A DNA stretch of 22,770 bases from Armatimonadota bacterium (GTDB lineage: Bacteria > Armatimonadota > UBA5829 > DTLH01), in the NCBI GenBank assembly GCA_039679675.1, contig JBDKUN010000020.1, positions 1 to 22,770 on the forward strand, in the 5' to 3' direction. The position numbers were made by a program, and so were the translations under genes. This document shows, in pieces, positions 7,758 to 16,777 of this stretch. The stretch's first letter is position 1. Each line of letters starts with the position of its first letter. The notes under the pieces are model-generated. The model saw only the letters and a list, made by a program, of their open reading frames with translations. It was not told where the DNA came from and did not search any database.

Positions 7758-8345
7758 ATGGGAATTTCAAGTATTCGACGGCTGGCTATAGCTATTATAG
7801 CCCTGCTTATTATCGCTACCGCAGTGTGGGCGGCGGCTGGCAGGAACTACCCCGAAAAACAGGGGACGCGCTGGGTAGTCGGAGGCCAGCTCGATGTCGT
7901 GTCCGGCGGAGAGCTGGACATTGAATCCGGTGGAGCTTTGAAACTCACCGGAACGGCCGCCTCTGCAGCAGGTGACCCGATTGTATTTAGCCAGCGGCAT
8001 CGAGTAATAACTGCCGAGGTTAATGCAGGGCATACGTTGGTTTCCGTCCCCGCTGATCTCAAGTTCCGGCTGATCGATGTCAAAGTTATTGCCTACGGAG
8101 GGGCAATAACCGGGCTTACCACTCTGGATATACTGGATGGGTCAACTAAACTTGTAGCATTCGCGCAGGCAAACCTGGCTCAATCGGCTGTTCTCGGTAT
8201 TCAGTCGACCGGCGCAACCGTGCTTGCGGACGGATCGTCATTTACGGCAAGGACCGCAGGAAACGACATAACCATTGGGAAAACTGGTGGATCGATGGCG
8301 ACGGCCACCGGGGTTGACGTGATTATCACTTACGCTCTCGAATAG
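7758..8345 (+). CDS. Putative head decoration/fibre protein with signal-peptide-like N terminus
   Basis: Follows the MCP; NY..QG..VVGG.LDV.SGG motif resembles head-fibre N termini; G/A/T-rich beta character. Confidence 0.6.
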   Translation: MGISSIRRLAIAIIALLIIATAVWAAAGRNYPEKQGTRWVVGGQLDVVSGGELDIESGGALKLTGTAASAAGDPIVFSQRHRVITAEVNAGHTLVSVPADLKFRLIDVKVIAYGGAITGLTTLDILDGSTKLVAFAQANLAQSAVLGIQSTGATVLADGSSFTARTAGNDITIGKTGGSMATATGVDVIITYALE

Positions 8346-8354
8346 GAGGTTAAT

Positions 8355-8798
8355 ATGAAAGATTTGAAAAGCAACATCGGCATCGTACACATGTTGGATG
8401 CCAAAGACATAACCACAAACGATACCAAGAGCTCACTTCTGGACCTGCAGGGGTTTGAGTCGGCGGTAATCGCTGTGAACGTCGGCGCAATCACCACTCC
8501 CGACTCGACCAGCTATATAACTCCGGTACTGGAGGAGTCGGATACCACGGCTGATGGTAGCTTTGCAGCGGTCGCAGCAACCGATATTATCGGCGCATTC
8601 ACCAAAATGGATGCAGCTACTGAGGACCAGACTACTCAGTATGTGGGTTATGTCGGCACGAAGCGGTATGTCAGAGTCTTGATCGACATAACCGACGATG
8701 ACGGCGGCATCAGCCACGCGCTGGTCTCGGTCGACGGGATTGTGGGCGATGCCCATATCTCACCCGTAACCGCTCCTGCGCCCGTGGCAGCGACATAA
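8355..8798 (+). CDS. Putative capsid decoration/cement protein
   Basis: GGAGG RBS; DLQGFESA..LEESD..VGY.G.KRYVRV pattern typical of beta-sandwich proteins after MCP genes. Confidence 0.65.
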   Translation: MKDLKSNIGIVHMLDAKDITTNDTKSSLLDLQGFESAVIAVNVGAITTPDSTSYITPVLEESDTTADGSFAAVAATDIIGAFTKMDAATEDQTTQYVGYVGTKRYVRVLIDITDDDGGISHALVSVDGIVGDAHISPVTAPAPVAAT

Positions 8799-8809
8799 GG
8801 GAGCAAGTG

Positions 8810-8968
8810 ATGAAGGTCAAGATGAACTACACCACTGTCTACGGCCCTCACAGGTACAATGAGGGCAATGTCTACGATGTAGACGACAAAACCGGCCGGG
8901 TTTTGATCGACGGAAAGATGGCCCGGGCGGTTGAGGCCCCGGGCCAGAAAACGAAGCCCAAAAAGTAG
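8810..8968 (+). CDS. Small hypothetical head-region protein (52 aa), absent from the ORF track
   Basis: GGAG RBS; MKVKMNYTTVYGPHRYNEGNVYDVDDKTGRVLIDGKMARAVEAPGQKTKPKK fills the gap between neighbouring genes. Confidence 0.75.
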   Translation: MKVKMNYTTVYGPHRYNEGNVYDVDDKTGRVLIDGKMARAVEAPGQKTKPKK

Positions 8969-8977
8969 AGGGATGGC

Positions 8978-9595
8978 ATGAGCAGTTTAATTATTAAGGT
9001 GCAACCAACGGAGGAGCCGCTTACGCTGGCAGAGGCTCAAGCCCATTTGCGGGTTGACTCTACAGATGATGATAACCTGATCGAGGGGCTTATCACGGCT
9101 GCCCGCGAATATTGCGAAGAAACTCAGGGGCGGGCGTATGTCACGCGGACGTACGAGTATACGGTTGATCTGGTTACTACAGCTCGATTGTATAACGGAG
9201 CGAGGCTGCGCACTCCTGAGCATAGCCCTGCATTACACGACGTGATCGAACTGCCCATGCCTAAACACCAGGAGGTCACTGCCGTTGTCAGTATAGACGC
9301 GGACGGCGTCCAGACTGCTGTATCAACCGATGATTATACGGTTGATTATGACCAGATATGCGCCCTCGTTAAGTTCGATACATACCCGGCTGATGCGGAG
9401 AAACTGAAGATAACCTATACAGCCGGGTATGGCGCTGCCGCGGACGTCCCGAAACGAATCAAGCAGATGCTGCTGCTCCTGATCGGCCACTGGTACGAGC
9501 ACAGGGAGACAGCAGAGGGCGCCAGTGAAGTGAAGGAAATCCCCTATGCCGTAAACGCGATCCTCAGTCTCGACAGGGTGAATTGGGGGACGTGA
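8978..9595 (+). CDS. Head-tail connector (HK97 gp6 / phiE125 gp8-like)
   Basis: EPLTLAEA.AHLRVD, LITAARE.CE, YTAGYG..VP, LLLIGHWYEHRE. Confidence 0.93.
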   Translation: MSSLIIKVQPTEEPLTLAEAQAHLRVDSTDDDNLIEGLITAAREYCEETQGRAYVTRTYEYTVDLVTTARLYNGARLRTPEHSPALHDVIELPMPKHQEVTAVVSIDADGVQTAVSTDDYTVDYDQICALVKFDTYPADAEKLKITYTAGYGAAADVPKRIKQMLLLLIGHWYEHRETAEGASEVKEIPYAVNAILSLDRVNWGT

Positions 9596-9909
9596 TGCGG
9601 ATAGGCGAACTTAGATACAGGATATTGATCGAGCAGAGAGCCACCGAGTTAGACGGAATCGGTGGCTCTTCCGACGTTTGGTCGGAGCTCGCGACCGTTT
9701 GGGCTTCGATGAAGGCCGACCGCGGCGTTGAGGATGAGACAGCCGGGGCAATCAAATCCAGGGTCAAATTCACATTCCGTATCCGCAGGCTCGATACGGT
9801 GGAGCCTGATATGAGAGTCACCTGGAATAGCAAAGTGATGGACATCATAACGGCTTCCCCGGATGGAGTCGGATATACGCGGCTGGAGTGCGTGGAGGCA
9901 GGCGAATGA
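9595..9909 (+). CDS. Head closure protein (SPP1 gp16-like)
   Basis: MRIGELRYRI.I, D..GG...W..ATVWA, F.IR, DMRV; TGATG coupling to the upstream gene. Confidence 0.9.
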   Translation: MRIGELRYRILIEQRATELDGIGGSSDVWSELATVWASMKADRGVEDETAGAIKSRVKFTFRIRRLDTVEPDMRVTWNSKVMDIITASPDGVGYTRLECVEAGE

Positions 9910-10343
9910 AGGTATCGATCGGAGTAACACATGTCACCAGCAACTTCGGCAAGCTAGCCAAATCTGTAATAGAAGATATTGATTATCTTATCGAATATAC
10001 AACTGAGGATATAGCTACTGAATATGAAAATGTGGTAAACGGGGGCTCGCGAAGTGGCAAGCGATATGGATTCCATACAGCCTCAGCACCAGGGGAACCC
10101 CCAGCAACTCTAACAGGTGAGTTAGTTGACAGTATAGACTTTGATTTCTCGAAATCCGATCACCTTGGAACTATGACTGTTGGTGAATGGTTTTCAAGGC
10201 TATTGGAGTTCGGCTCTATAAAATTTGAGGCGCGGCCTGCTTTACGGCTTGTTGTGGAAAAGATTGGTCCGCAATACCGAAAAAGCATTAACAAGATAAT
10301 CCGCGATGAGGCCAAAAATAACGAGGTTAAATTGTGGAGATAA
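9906..10343 (+). CDS. HK97 gp10-like neck/tail completion protein
   Basis: HTASAPGEPPA..TG.L..SI and LEFGS....RP motifs; ATGA overlap. Confidence 0.85.
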   Translation: MKVSIGVTHVTSNFGKLAKSVIEDIDYLIEYTTEDIATEYENVVNGGSRSGKRYGFHTASAPGEPPATLTGELVDSIDFDFSKSDHLGTMTVGEWFSRLLEFGSIKFEARPALRLVVEKIGPQYRKSINKIIRDEAKNNEVKLWR

Positions 10344-10729
10344 CCGGCGCACTATACCAAGCACTAAAGGACCTTGCCCCTGGCGGTGCGTGGGAGTCAA
10401 TCGCGGACCGTGACGCGGTTTTGCCCTACATCATTATTACCCCGGTAACGGCATCGAACAGATATACCCTGGATAAGCAGATGGGACCTCGTGAGGGCAA
10501 GGTGGATGTTAAGGTCATCACGGAGGGAGCCTCGTTTGTCACAGCGGAGAGCATCAGGGCTGCATTTGATACAGCCCTGCACGAGCTGAACGACGGCAAC
10601 GATTACGGTATTCAGATGATTATACGGGAAACCGAGATACGTTATCCGGAATACGATGGCGACATTCGATACAACCACTTAGGTTGGACATACAGATACA
10701 TTATGGCCGAACCAGGCCAGGGAGGATAA
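10334..10729 (+). CDS. Tail terminator protein (DUF3168-like)
   Basis: Position before the tail tube; ALY..L, PYI, size 131 aa. Confidence 0.7.
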   Translation: MEITGALYQALKDLAPGGAWESIADRDAVLPYIIITPVTASNRYTLDKQMGPREGKVDVKVITEGASFVTAESIRAAFDTALHELNDGNDYGIQMIIRETEIRYPEYDGDIRYNHLGWTYRYIMAEPGQGG

Positions 10730-10736
10730 ACCAAAA

Positions 10737-11168
10737 ATGGGTGAAAAAGTTGCTGCATTTGGAACTCAATTGAAATACGTGACTTCCAGCAGCATTGTCG
10801 GAAGCCTCACAAAAGTCGGCGGAGTCAAAATGTCGAGCGATCAACAGGAATGCACGACTCATGACTCCACAGGAGGATTTAAGGAATACATCCCGACGCT
10901 GCTCGAACCGGGGAGTGTCGCAATAGAGGGCTACATGGCCCCTGCTGATGTCGGCCAGGTCGAAATCCTTGCACACTACAAGGCCAGGGAAAACCGGGAT
11001 ATGCAGATCGATTTTCCCGACGGCACTAGCGGAGCATTTGGTTCGAACTGGACGTTCTCCGCATCCATATCGGATTTTGAATATGGGGAAGCTGATGTAA
11101 ATGGCATATTGTCATTTAAGGCGACTCTCCGCATTTCCGGCCAGCCGACATTTACGCCGGTAGTGTAA
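10737..11168 (+). CDS. Tail tube (major tail) protein
   Basis: AFGT.L, ECTTHDS.GGFKEYI..L..PG, I.FPD, W.F.A, ATLRISGQP. Confidence 0.92.
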   Translation: MGEKVAAFGTQLKYVTSSSIVGSLTKVGGVKMSSDQQECTTHDSTGGFKEYIPTLLEPGSVAIEGYMAPADVGQVEILAHYKARENRDMQIDFPDGTSGAFGSNWTFSASISDFEYGEADVNGILSFKATLRISGQPTFTPVV

Positions 11169-11177
11169 GGAGGAAAT

Positions 11178-12146
11178 ATGGCAACAACAGTAGCAGCAGC
11201 AATTCAGGGGGCGTTTGACCGAATAGCCAAGCTAAGACAGGATGCGGGCGCTATTGCGGCAACCGGAACCCGGTTGTGGAAGCGGGTTGACGATACTGAC
11301 GACGAAACGTTCGAGAACCGCATGGATGGAGATAATCTCACTGCGGCGGATGCGGCGCTAGTCGCTATGTCGTTTTGGGCTAATGCTAAACTCAAGACGA
11401 CATTCGAGGACCTGACGAAATATTTCAGGATCGATCTGGCCCTCGCGTCGCCCTATTGGGAGAAATATCTGGCTACGATTGGCTGGAGAGTGCCGTATGG
11501 GGCAGCTGAGGCCCTGTTCGAGGCGATGGGCGCGAATTATCGACTGTCGTCCCAATACGTGTTTCCGCGCGGAACACTTGTAGCGGATGCGGCCGACCCG
11601 ACAAGCGCGGGGTTGCACAAGTTCGGCAGGATTACCGGCACAACCGGTGCATCGACATATGCATCGGTAGACGGGGCATTGCCTGCTACGGTCAAAGGCG
11701 CTCCGATCCTCGCAATAAACGATGAGGCGACTCCCGGCCTTACGAACCTGATAGTCACAGCCACAAACCAGGCAGGGGCTACCAAGGACCTGACTGTAAC
11801 AACTGGCAATACTCAATATACGCAGGAGGTCCTCGGCCAGCAGCTCATCGCTGCGGCCGGAGCTGCGGCGGGTCAAAAAGTCGTACCGGTACCGGCTACG
11901 GCGGCATTTGCGGTCGGTGAGTATATCCTGATTGTGAAATCGGACTTCTCAATCGTCGAGGTCGCGCTGATCGCATCGATCCAGGCTAATGCGAGCCTGA
12001 CCGTAACGACCAATCTGATAAACACGTTCGCACAAAACGACCTGGTGTGGCCGATGTTTACTAACCTGACCATCAAATCAGGTACGGCGGGCAACGGAAA
12101 GCACATCAGCTTTTACGCCAGGCCTGACAGGATAATCGCACTGTAG
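11178..12146 (+). CDS. Hypothetical virion protein (322 aa)
   Basis: AGGAGG RBS; helical N-terminal half and A/T/G-rich beta C-terminal half; co-transcribed with the tail tube. Confidence 0.8.
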   Translation: MATTVAAAIQGAFDRIAKLRQDAGAIAATGTRLWKRVDDTDDETFENRMDGDNLTAADAALVAMSFWANAKLKTTFEDLTKYFRIDLALASPYWEKYLATIGWRVPYGAAEALFEAMGANYRLSSQYVFPRGTLVADAADPTSAGLHKFGRITGTTGASTYASVDGALPATVKGAPILAINDEATPGLTNLIVTATNQAGATKDLTVTTGNTQYTQEVLGQQLIAAAGAAAGQKVVPVPATAAFAVGEYILIVKSDFSIVEVALIASIQANASLTVTTNLINTFAQNDLVWPMFTNLTIKSGTAGNGKHISFYARPDRIIAL

Positions 12147-12152
12147 AGAATG

Positions 12153-12179
12153 GAGGGGTGATATTCACCCCTCATTTTT
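12153..12179 (+). terminator. Intrinsic terminator
   Basis: GAGGGGTGA-TAT-TCACCCCTC followed by ATTTTT. Confidence 0.7.
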
Positions 12180-12192
12180 ATGGGAGGTACAG

Positions 12193-12696
12193 TTGAGCAG
12201 ATTAACAAAAAACGGCGTCATAAAGCTGAACGGCAAGGAATATAAGATCAGCTTCGACCTGGCGGCCATTATGGACTTCGAGGAGAAAACAGGGAAGCTT
12301 TTCCTGCAGGTCATCAAGCCGGTGATCGAGGCCGTGCTGAATATCCGAAACGGCGAGATATTCAAGGCGTTGATCGCTATGCATAAGGGCGAGGCATCGC
12401 CTGCGGACATTGCCGATGTTGAGAGCGTTGCCATAGATGTTATACGGACCTTCATCGATAGCGGCGGGATAGCTGCAGCCGATGTCGCTACTCTCCTGTG
12501 GGCAGCGATGGGCGGAGCGGACATTGATATAACTCCAAGGGACGCGGCCCGACTCATCAGGGGTAACAATGCTGTCGAGATATTCCGGGAGTTGTTCGGC
12601 GCGATCAGCCAGACAGTACCGACTGCCGACGAATCTGATGAGTCTGAGGAGCCCGAAAACTCCGATGACCCAAACTCTACAAGCTCGACTGGCTAA
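12193..12696 (+). CDS. Tail assembly chaperone (gpG-like)
   Basis: GGGAGG RBS and TTG start; LNGKEY.I.FDLAAI..FEEKTG; acidic C terminus ending at a slippery site. Confidence 0.85.
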   Translation: MSRLTKNGVIKLNGKEYKISFDLAAIMDFEEKTGKLFLQVIKPVIEAVLNIRNGEIFKALIAMHKGEASPADIADVESVAIDVIRTFIDSGGIAAADVATLLWAAMGGADIDITPRDAARLIRGNNAVEIFRELFGAISQTVPTADESDESEEPENSDDPNSTSSTG

Positions 12697-13064
12697 AACT
12701 ATGGTCGGTCGGGCGGTATGATCTGGGGCTCAGTGAAGAAGAGTTCTGGGGGCTGACCCTCAGGGAATATACTGAGCTCTATAACCGCTGGTATGCTGAT
12801 CAGCAGCGCCAGGACTACAGGGCTGCGCAACTGGCATACTTGTATGCAAATGCAAATAGAGATCCTAAAACGAAATCCGAGCCTTTCGAGGTCTCGGATT
12901 TTATGCTATTTGGGCGCAAGAAGAAGAAATCTAAAAATATCACAAGCGGCGAAACTCAGAGCGTCGAGGCTCAAAAAGCCATGTGTTTGATGCTAAACTC
13001 CGCATTCGGTGGAAAGGTGGTAAAACGAGATGCTGGGAACGGCGATAGCGGAACTGCTGGTTAA
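12669..13064 (+). CDS. Tail assembly chaperone gpT segment, read by -1 frameshift
   Basis: CCCAAAC heptamer at 12669-12675; the -1 frame reads LYKLDWLKLWSVGRYDLGLSEEEFWGLTLREY.. and stays open to 13064. Confidence 0.85.
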   Translation, partial: PKLYKLDWLKLWSVGRYDLGLSEEEFWGLTLREYTELYNRWYADQQRQDYRAAQLAYLYANANRDPKTKSEPFEVSDFMLFGRKKKKSKNITSGETQSVEAQKAMCLMLNSAFGGKVVKRDAGNGDSGTAG

Positions 13065-15702
13065 AATCGGCGCTGATTCGGTCGATTTCGAAAAAGGCTT
13101 GAGCTCTGCAGAGCGAAAGTTCAAGAAATTCGCGGAGAAGATAGTCGAAACAGGCAAAACGATGTCCATGACCATCACTGCACCTATTATTGCAGTAGGT
13201 ACGGCTGCCACAAAGATGGCCATGGATGCCGTGGAAAGCGAAAACCTGTTCGATGTCTCGATGGGGAAAATGGCCGATTCTGCCCGGCAGTGGTCGGAGC
13301 AGATGCGGAACGAACTGGGGTTGAATGCGTATGAGGTCCGCAAAAACGTGGGCACGTTCAACGTCATGCTCAAATCGATGGGGCTGACGGAAGAAAAAGC
13401 CTATGAGATGGCGAAGGGCTTAACCAAGCTCGCCTATGATATGGCGTCATTCTACAACCTGAAGCCTGAAGAGGCATTTGAAAAACTGCAATCTGGTATT
13501 TCCGGCGAGGTGGAGCCGCTGAAGCGGTTAGGGATTATCGTTAACGAGACCACCGCCCAGACATATGCCTACGCAAACGGTATTGCGGCACAGGGCGCGG
13601 CACTAACAGAGCAGGAGAAAATCCTTGCCCGGTACGGCGCCATAATGCAGCAGACCTCAGCGGCACAGGGCGACCTCGCACGGACTATGGATAGCCCTGC
13701 CAACCAGGCCAGAGTCCTCGAGTCTCAAATAGCAGAGCTCGCCGTCCAGTTCGGGCAAATGCTGATACCGATGCTAAAAACCGCAATGGGACACATCCAA
13801 ACATTTGTCAACTGGCTGAAGGGCCTGGACACTGGAGGTAGGCGTACGGTAGTAACGATATTGATGGTTGTGGCAGCCATAGGACCATTGCTGATAGCTA
13901 TCGGCAAAGTGCCGGCTGTATTTTACTCGGCGGTGTCAGGGGTCAAGGCTCTCTCAAACGCATTTACCTTCCTTGCTAAAAACCCAATCGTCATTGTCAT
14001 TGCGGCTGCTGTAGCTCTTGGCTATGGGATATACAAGCTCATCCAGCATTTTCGAAACTCTACTGAGGCAACGATCAAGAATACGGATAAGGCCATCGAG
14101 AACGCCAAGGCCAAGCAGACGCAGATAGAAAAAGCTAAATCTCTAGCTCAGGAATATACGAACCTGCAGCAGAAGAACAACAAAACCAATGTTGATCTCG
14201 CCAGAATGAACGTTATTTTGATCGAACTGAACGGCATTATGCCGGGTCTGGTCTCAAACGGTCAGTTGGTTGCAGGTGCGTTCGAGAAAATGGGAGCCGC
14301 GGCAGCGAAGATGAGTGCAGAACTCCGGCAGTTGGAGATGACCAAGCTGCAACTCGAAATACTGAAGGTAAGCCGGGAGCTGGGATCAGCTCAAAGGGAA
14401 TATCAGCGGGTGGTTAATATGGCCCGGCCTGGCTCCTGGTATTGGGATCAGTTGCAATCCAAACGAGATGCTGCAGCACTGAAGGTTGCGGAAAAGCAAT
14501 TTGAACTGGCTCAAAAGCAACAGGAATTATATACCCTGCAAAACGCCCCTACGATGCAAGCGGCGCAGGATGACTACAACCGCAGCCTGGCCGAACAAAA
14601 GAAACAGACAGATGATGCCAAGGCAGCTGAAGATACTCTCTATGAGGTTCGGCTGAGAAACGCCTCTGAAATAGACAAACTTGAGATGGAACGGCAAAAG
14701 GCGCTCTCAGAAGCAAAGGGACCTGAGCATAAAAAGGCTATCAATGCAGACTATGATGACCGCGTTCTGGCGCTCAAGAAAAAACAGGCTGAGGAAGAAG
14801 CTGAGCTGGAGAAAAAGAGGGAAGAGGAATTCCAGCGGAGGCTCGAGGAGGACACGGAGAAGGTTCGTGAGTCGCTGGCAAAAAAGAAGGCTTATCAGGA
14901 AGCGGAGATGCAGGGCTACGAAAAGGCTTACGCAAATACCTTAGCTGCAAACGGCCAGGCTGAAGAAGCTGAACTGCAGGAGGCGATAAACACCTATAAC
15001 CGCGGCTATCGGGAGCTGCAGGAGGCGCAGTCTAACGGCGAACCGGTATATAATCGCTGGCTGGCTCTCTATAGTGATTACGAAAAATCGAAGCTGGAAA
15101 TCACGAAGAAATATGCAGACGAACGAGCCAGAATCGAGAAGGATGCTGAACAGAAACAGATTCAGGCCGATCAGGCATCGGAGCAGTCCAATGTGACGAT
15201 GTGGGGCAAAGCTATTGAAGTGCTGAACAATTATCGCGACCGGCTGATCGGCGTGATGTTCGGCGAAAGCGCCGTCCGACTCGCACAGCTCGACCGAGCT
15301 CATGACGCAGAGCAGGCATCTATAAAAGAGACAGTTAAAGATGAACAGTTAAAAGCCTCTCTCCTGGCTGCACTCGATGCTGACTATGCGATGCGGAAAG
15401 AAGAAATCCATGATGAGGACCGGCAGAGGCACGAGGAGCAGCTGCAGTGGATACGAGAACGGCTCATGCAGATGACCGGCCTGACATCGATGGAATCCGC
15501 ATGGAGGCAAACTCTGGAATCCGGCGCCAAACTGGCGTTTTCAATGCCGGATATGACCCAGACTATAACCTCATCGCCTACTGTAACACAGCAATTCGAG
15601 CTATCCAGGCTGACAGACCTGACGAATGAGAGTCTGAAAGCGCAGACCGAAACGGTGAGGAAGCTCAAGGACATCGATGACAAGCTCGGGGGGTATGCGT
15701 GA
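13030..15702 (+). CDS. Tape measure protein (890 aa)
   Basis: IAELLVKIGAD start, Ala-rich helical repeats, SGISGEVEPLKRLGI, central hydrophobic segments, long coiled coil; follows the chaperones. Confidence 0.95.
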   Translation: MLGTAIAELLVKIGADSVDFEKGLSSAERKFKKFAEKIVETGKTMSMTITAPIIAVGTAATKMAMDAVESENLFDVSMGKMADSARQWSEQMRNELGLNAYEVRKNVGTFNVMLKSMGLTEEKAYEMAKGLTKLAYDMASFYNLKPEEAFEKLQSGISGEVEPLKRLGIIVNETTAQTYAYANGIAAQGAALTEQEKILARYGAIMQQTSAAQGDLARTMDSPANQARVLESQIAELAVQFGQMLIPMLKTAMGHIQTFVNWLKGLDTGGRRTVVTILMVVAAIGPLLIAIGKVPAVFYSAVSGVKALSNAFTFLAKNPIVIVIAAAVALGYGIYKLIQHFRNSTEATIKNTDKAIENAKAKQTQIEKAKSLAQEYTNLQQKNNKTNVDLARMNVILIELNGIMPGLVSNGQLVAGAFEKMGAAAAKMSAELRQLEMTKLQLEILKVSRELGSAQREYQRVVNMARPGSWYWDQLQSKRDAAALKVAEKQFELAQKQQELYTLQNAPTMQAAQDDYNRSLAEQKKQTDDAKAAEDTLYEVRLRNASEIDKLEMERQKALSEAKGPEHKKAINADYDDRVLALKKKQAEEEAELEKKREEEFQRRLEEDTEKVRESLAKKKAYQEAEMQGYEKAYANTLAANGQAEEAELQEAINTYNRGYRELQEAQSNGEPVYNRWLALYSDYEKSKLEITKKYADERARIEKDAEQKQIQADQASEQSNVTMWGKAIEVLNNYRDRLIGVMFGESAVRLAQLDRAHDAEQASIKETVKDEQLKASLLAALDADYAMRKEEIHDEDRQRHEEQLQWIRERLMQMTGLTSMESAWRQTLESGAKLAFSMPDMTQTITSSPTVTQQFELSRLTDLTNESLKAQTETVRKLKDIDDKLGGYA

Positions 15703-16409
15703 TGGCAGTAGTTAAGGAGCTGATCGATAAATACGAATCCGGGCGCGGGACCATCAAGGGCAAAACCCACACATCCAAGAGGGTTCTGCTCGTTGACAAA
15801 TACCCGGGATTGACCGAGACAGGCGTACCGGCGTACCGAGACCCGCATCCGATCGATCCATCCCTGCTGGTAACTCAGATCGACTATGAGGGTTACGGCG
15901 GGCTCGATGAGACACTGGAGGGTCCATTTAAGTACCGGATGTCCAAGATCACGGTAACTTACTCCACCGATACCTCCGGCGACACTACAATGAGCCGTAA
16001 GGAAATGGAGGGCCAGGTCTTGGACATCGGGGGCTTCGGCGCATTCCTGACCTCCGGCAATACAGTGGAGCGGCCTCGGAATATCCCAATAGGGATATGG
16101 AAAATCATCGTGCCGAGGCGTGTTCTGGTAGAACCCACCGCGACGATAGCATCTCTATGGAACAAGGTCAACGATAATGGGTTCGGGTTGGAGGGATATA
16201 CGTTTCCGGCTGAAACGGTGTTGTTCGAAGGGGCTTCCAGCCGCCGTGTATGGGACTCTGAGGAGCAGGCGATTATGTATGAGATCGAATACTGCTTTAA
16301 GGTGAATTTCTTTGGCTGGAATTGTGGTTATGACGGCGCTGCAGGCGTTTGGGACATCATACTCCCGCGACAATTTGCGGTTGCTGATTTTTCGGGATTC
16401 CCCGGATAG
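15702..16409 (+). CDS. Putative distal tail / tail-tip protein
   Basis: Coupled to the TMP stop (TGATG); beta-rich; DPHP, KVND..F, FPAETVLFEG, GWN motifs. Confidence 0.6.
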   Translation: MAVVKELIDKYESGRGTIKGKTHTSKRVLLVDKYPGLTETGVPAYRDPHPIDPSLLVTQIDYEGYGGLDETLEGPFKYRMSKITVTYSTDTSGDTTMSRKEMEGQVLDIGGFGAFLTSGNTVERPRNIPIGIWKIIVPRRVLVEPTATIASLWNKVNDNGFGLEGYTFPAETVLFEGASSRRVWDSEEQAIMYEIEYCFKVNFFGWNCGYDGAAGVWDIILPRQFAVADFSGFPG

Positions 16410-16423
16410 AAAGGGTTATACTG

Positions 16424-16777
16424 ATGAGCATTGATATTGAAGAATATAAACCGGTAACTGGACGGCATGTAAAAGAGGATGGGACGGTAGTCAACATTGC
16501 GGACTTGCTAGACCTCCCCACCTCATCCACATATTTTTCCGGCGACACGGGTGCAACACCTAACACAGCAGTCGAAAAAGCTTTAGGCGGCACATCGCGG
16601 GCTATCTACCTGAAAAATACGCACTCAACAGCGACGCTGCTGATCAGCCTGGACGATGGGACGACATACGGCGAGTTGTTGCCTGGTGAAGCGTTTGTGG
16701 ATGAGGCTCTCGCGCTCGACAGTATACTCGTCAAATCCGCTACGGCGAGCTGCACTTACAAGGGGTGGTGGAAGTAA
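16424..16777 (+). CDS. Small beta-rich hypothetical protein (117 aa)
   Basis: Open frame coupled to the esterase gene by TAATG. Confidence 0.75.
   Translation: MSIDIEEYKPVTGRHVKEDGTVVNIADLLDLPTSSTYFSGDTGATPNTAVEKALGGTSRAIYLKNTHSTATLLISLDDGTTYGELLPGEAFVDEALALDSILVKSATASCTYKGWWK

Noticed and set aside
11140..11180. Frameshift fusing the tail tube to the 322-aa gene
   Set aside because: No slippery heptamer, and the downstream gene has its own AGGAGG and ATG.
14580..15450. E/K/Q-rich TMP C terminus as a separate domain or DNA repeat
   Set aside because: Consistent with ordinary coiled-coil tape measure sequence; no exact nucleotide repeats seen.
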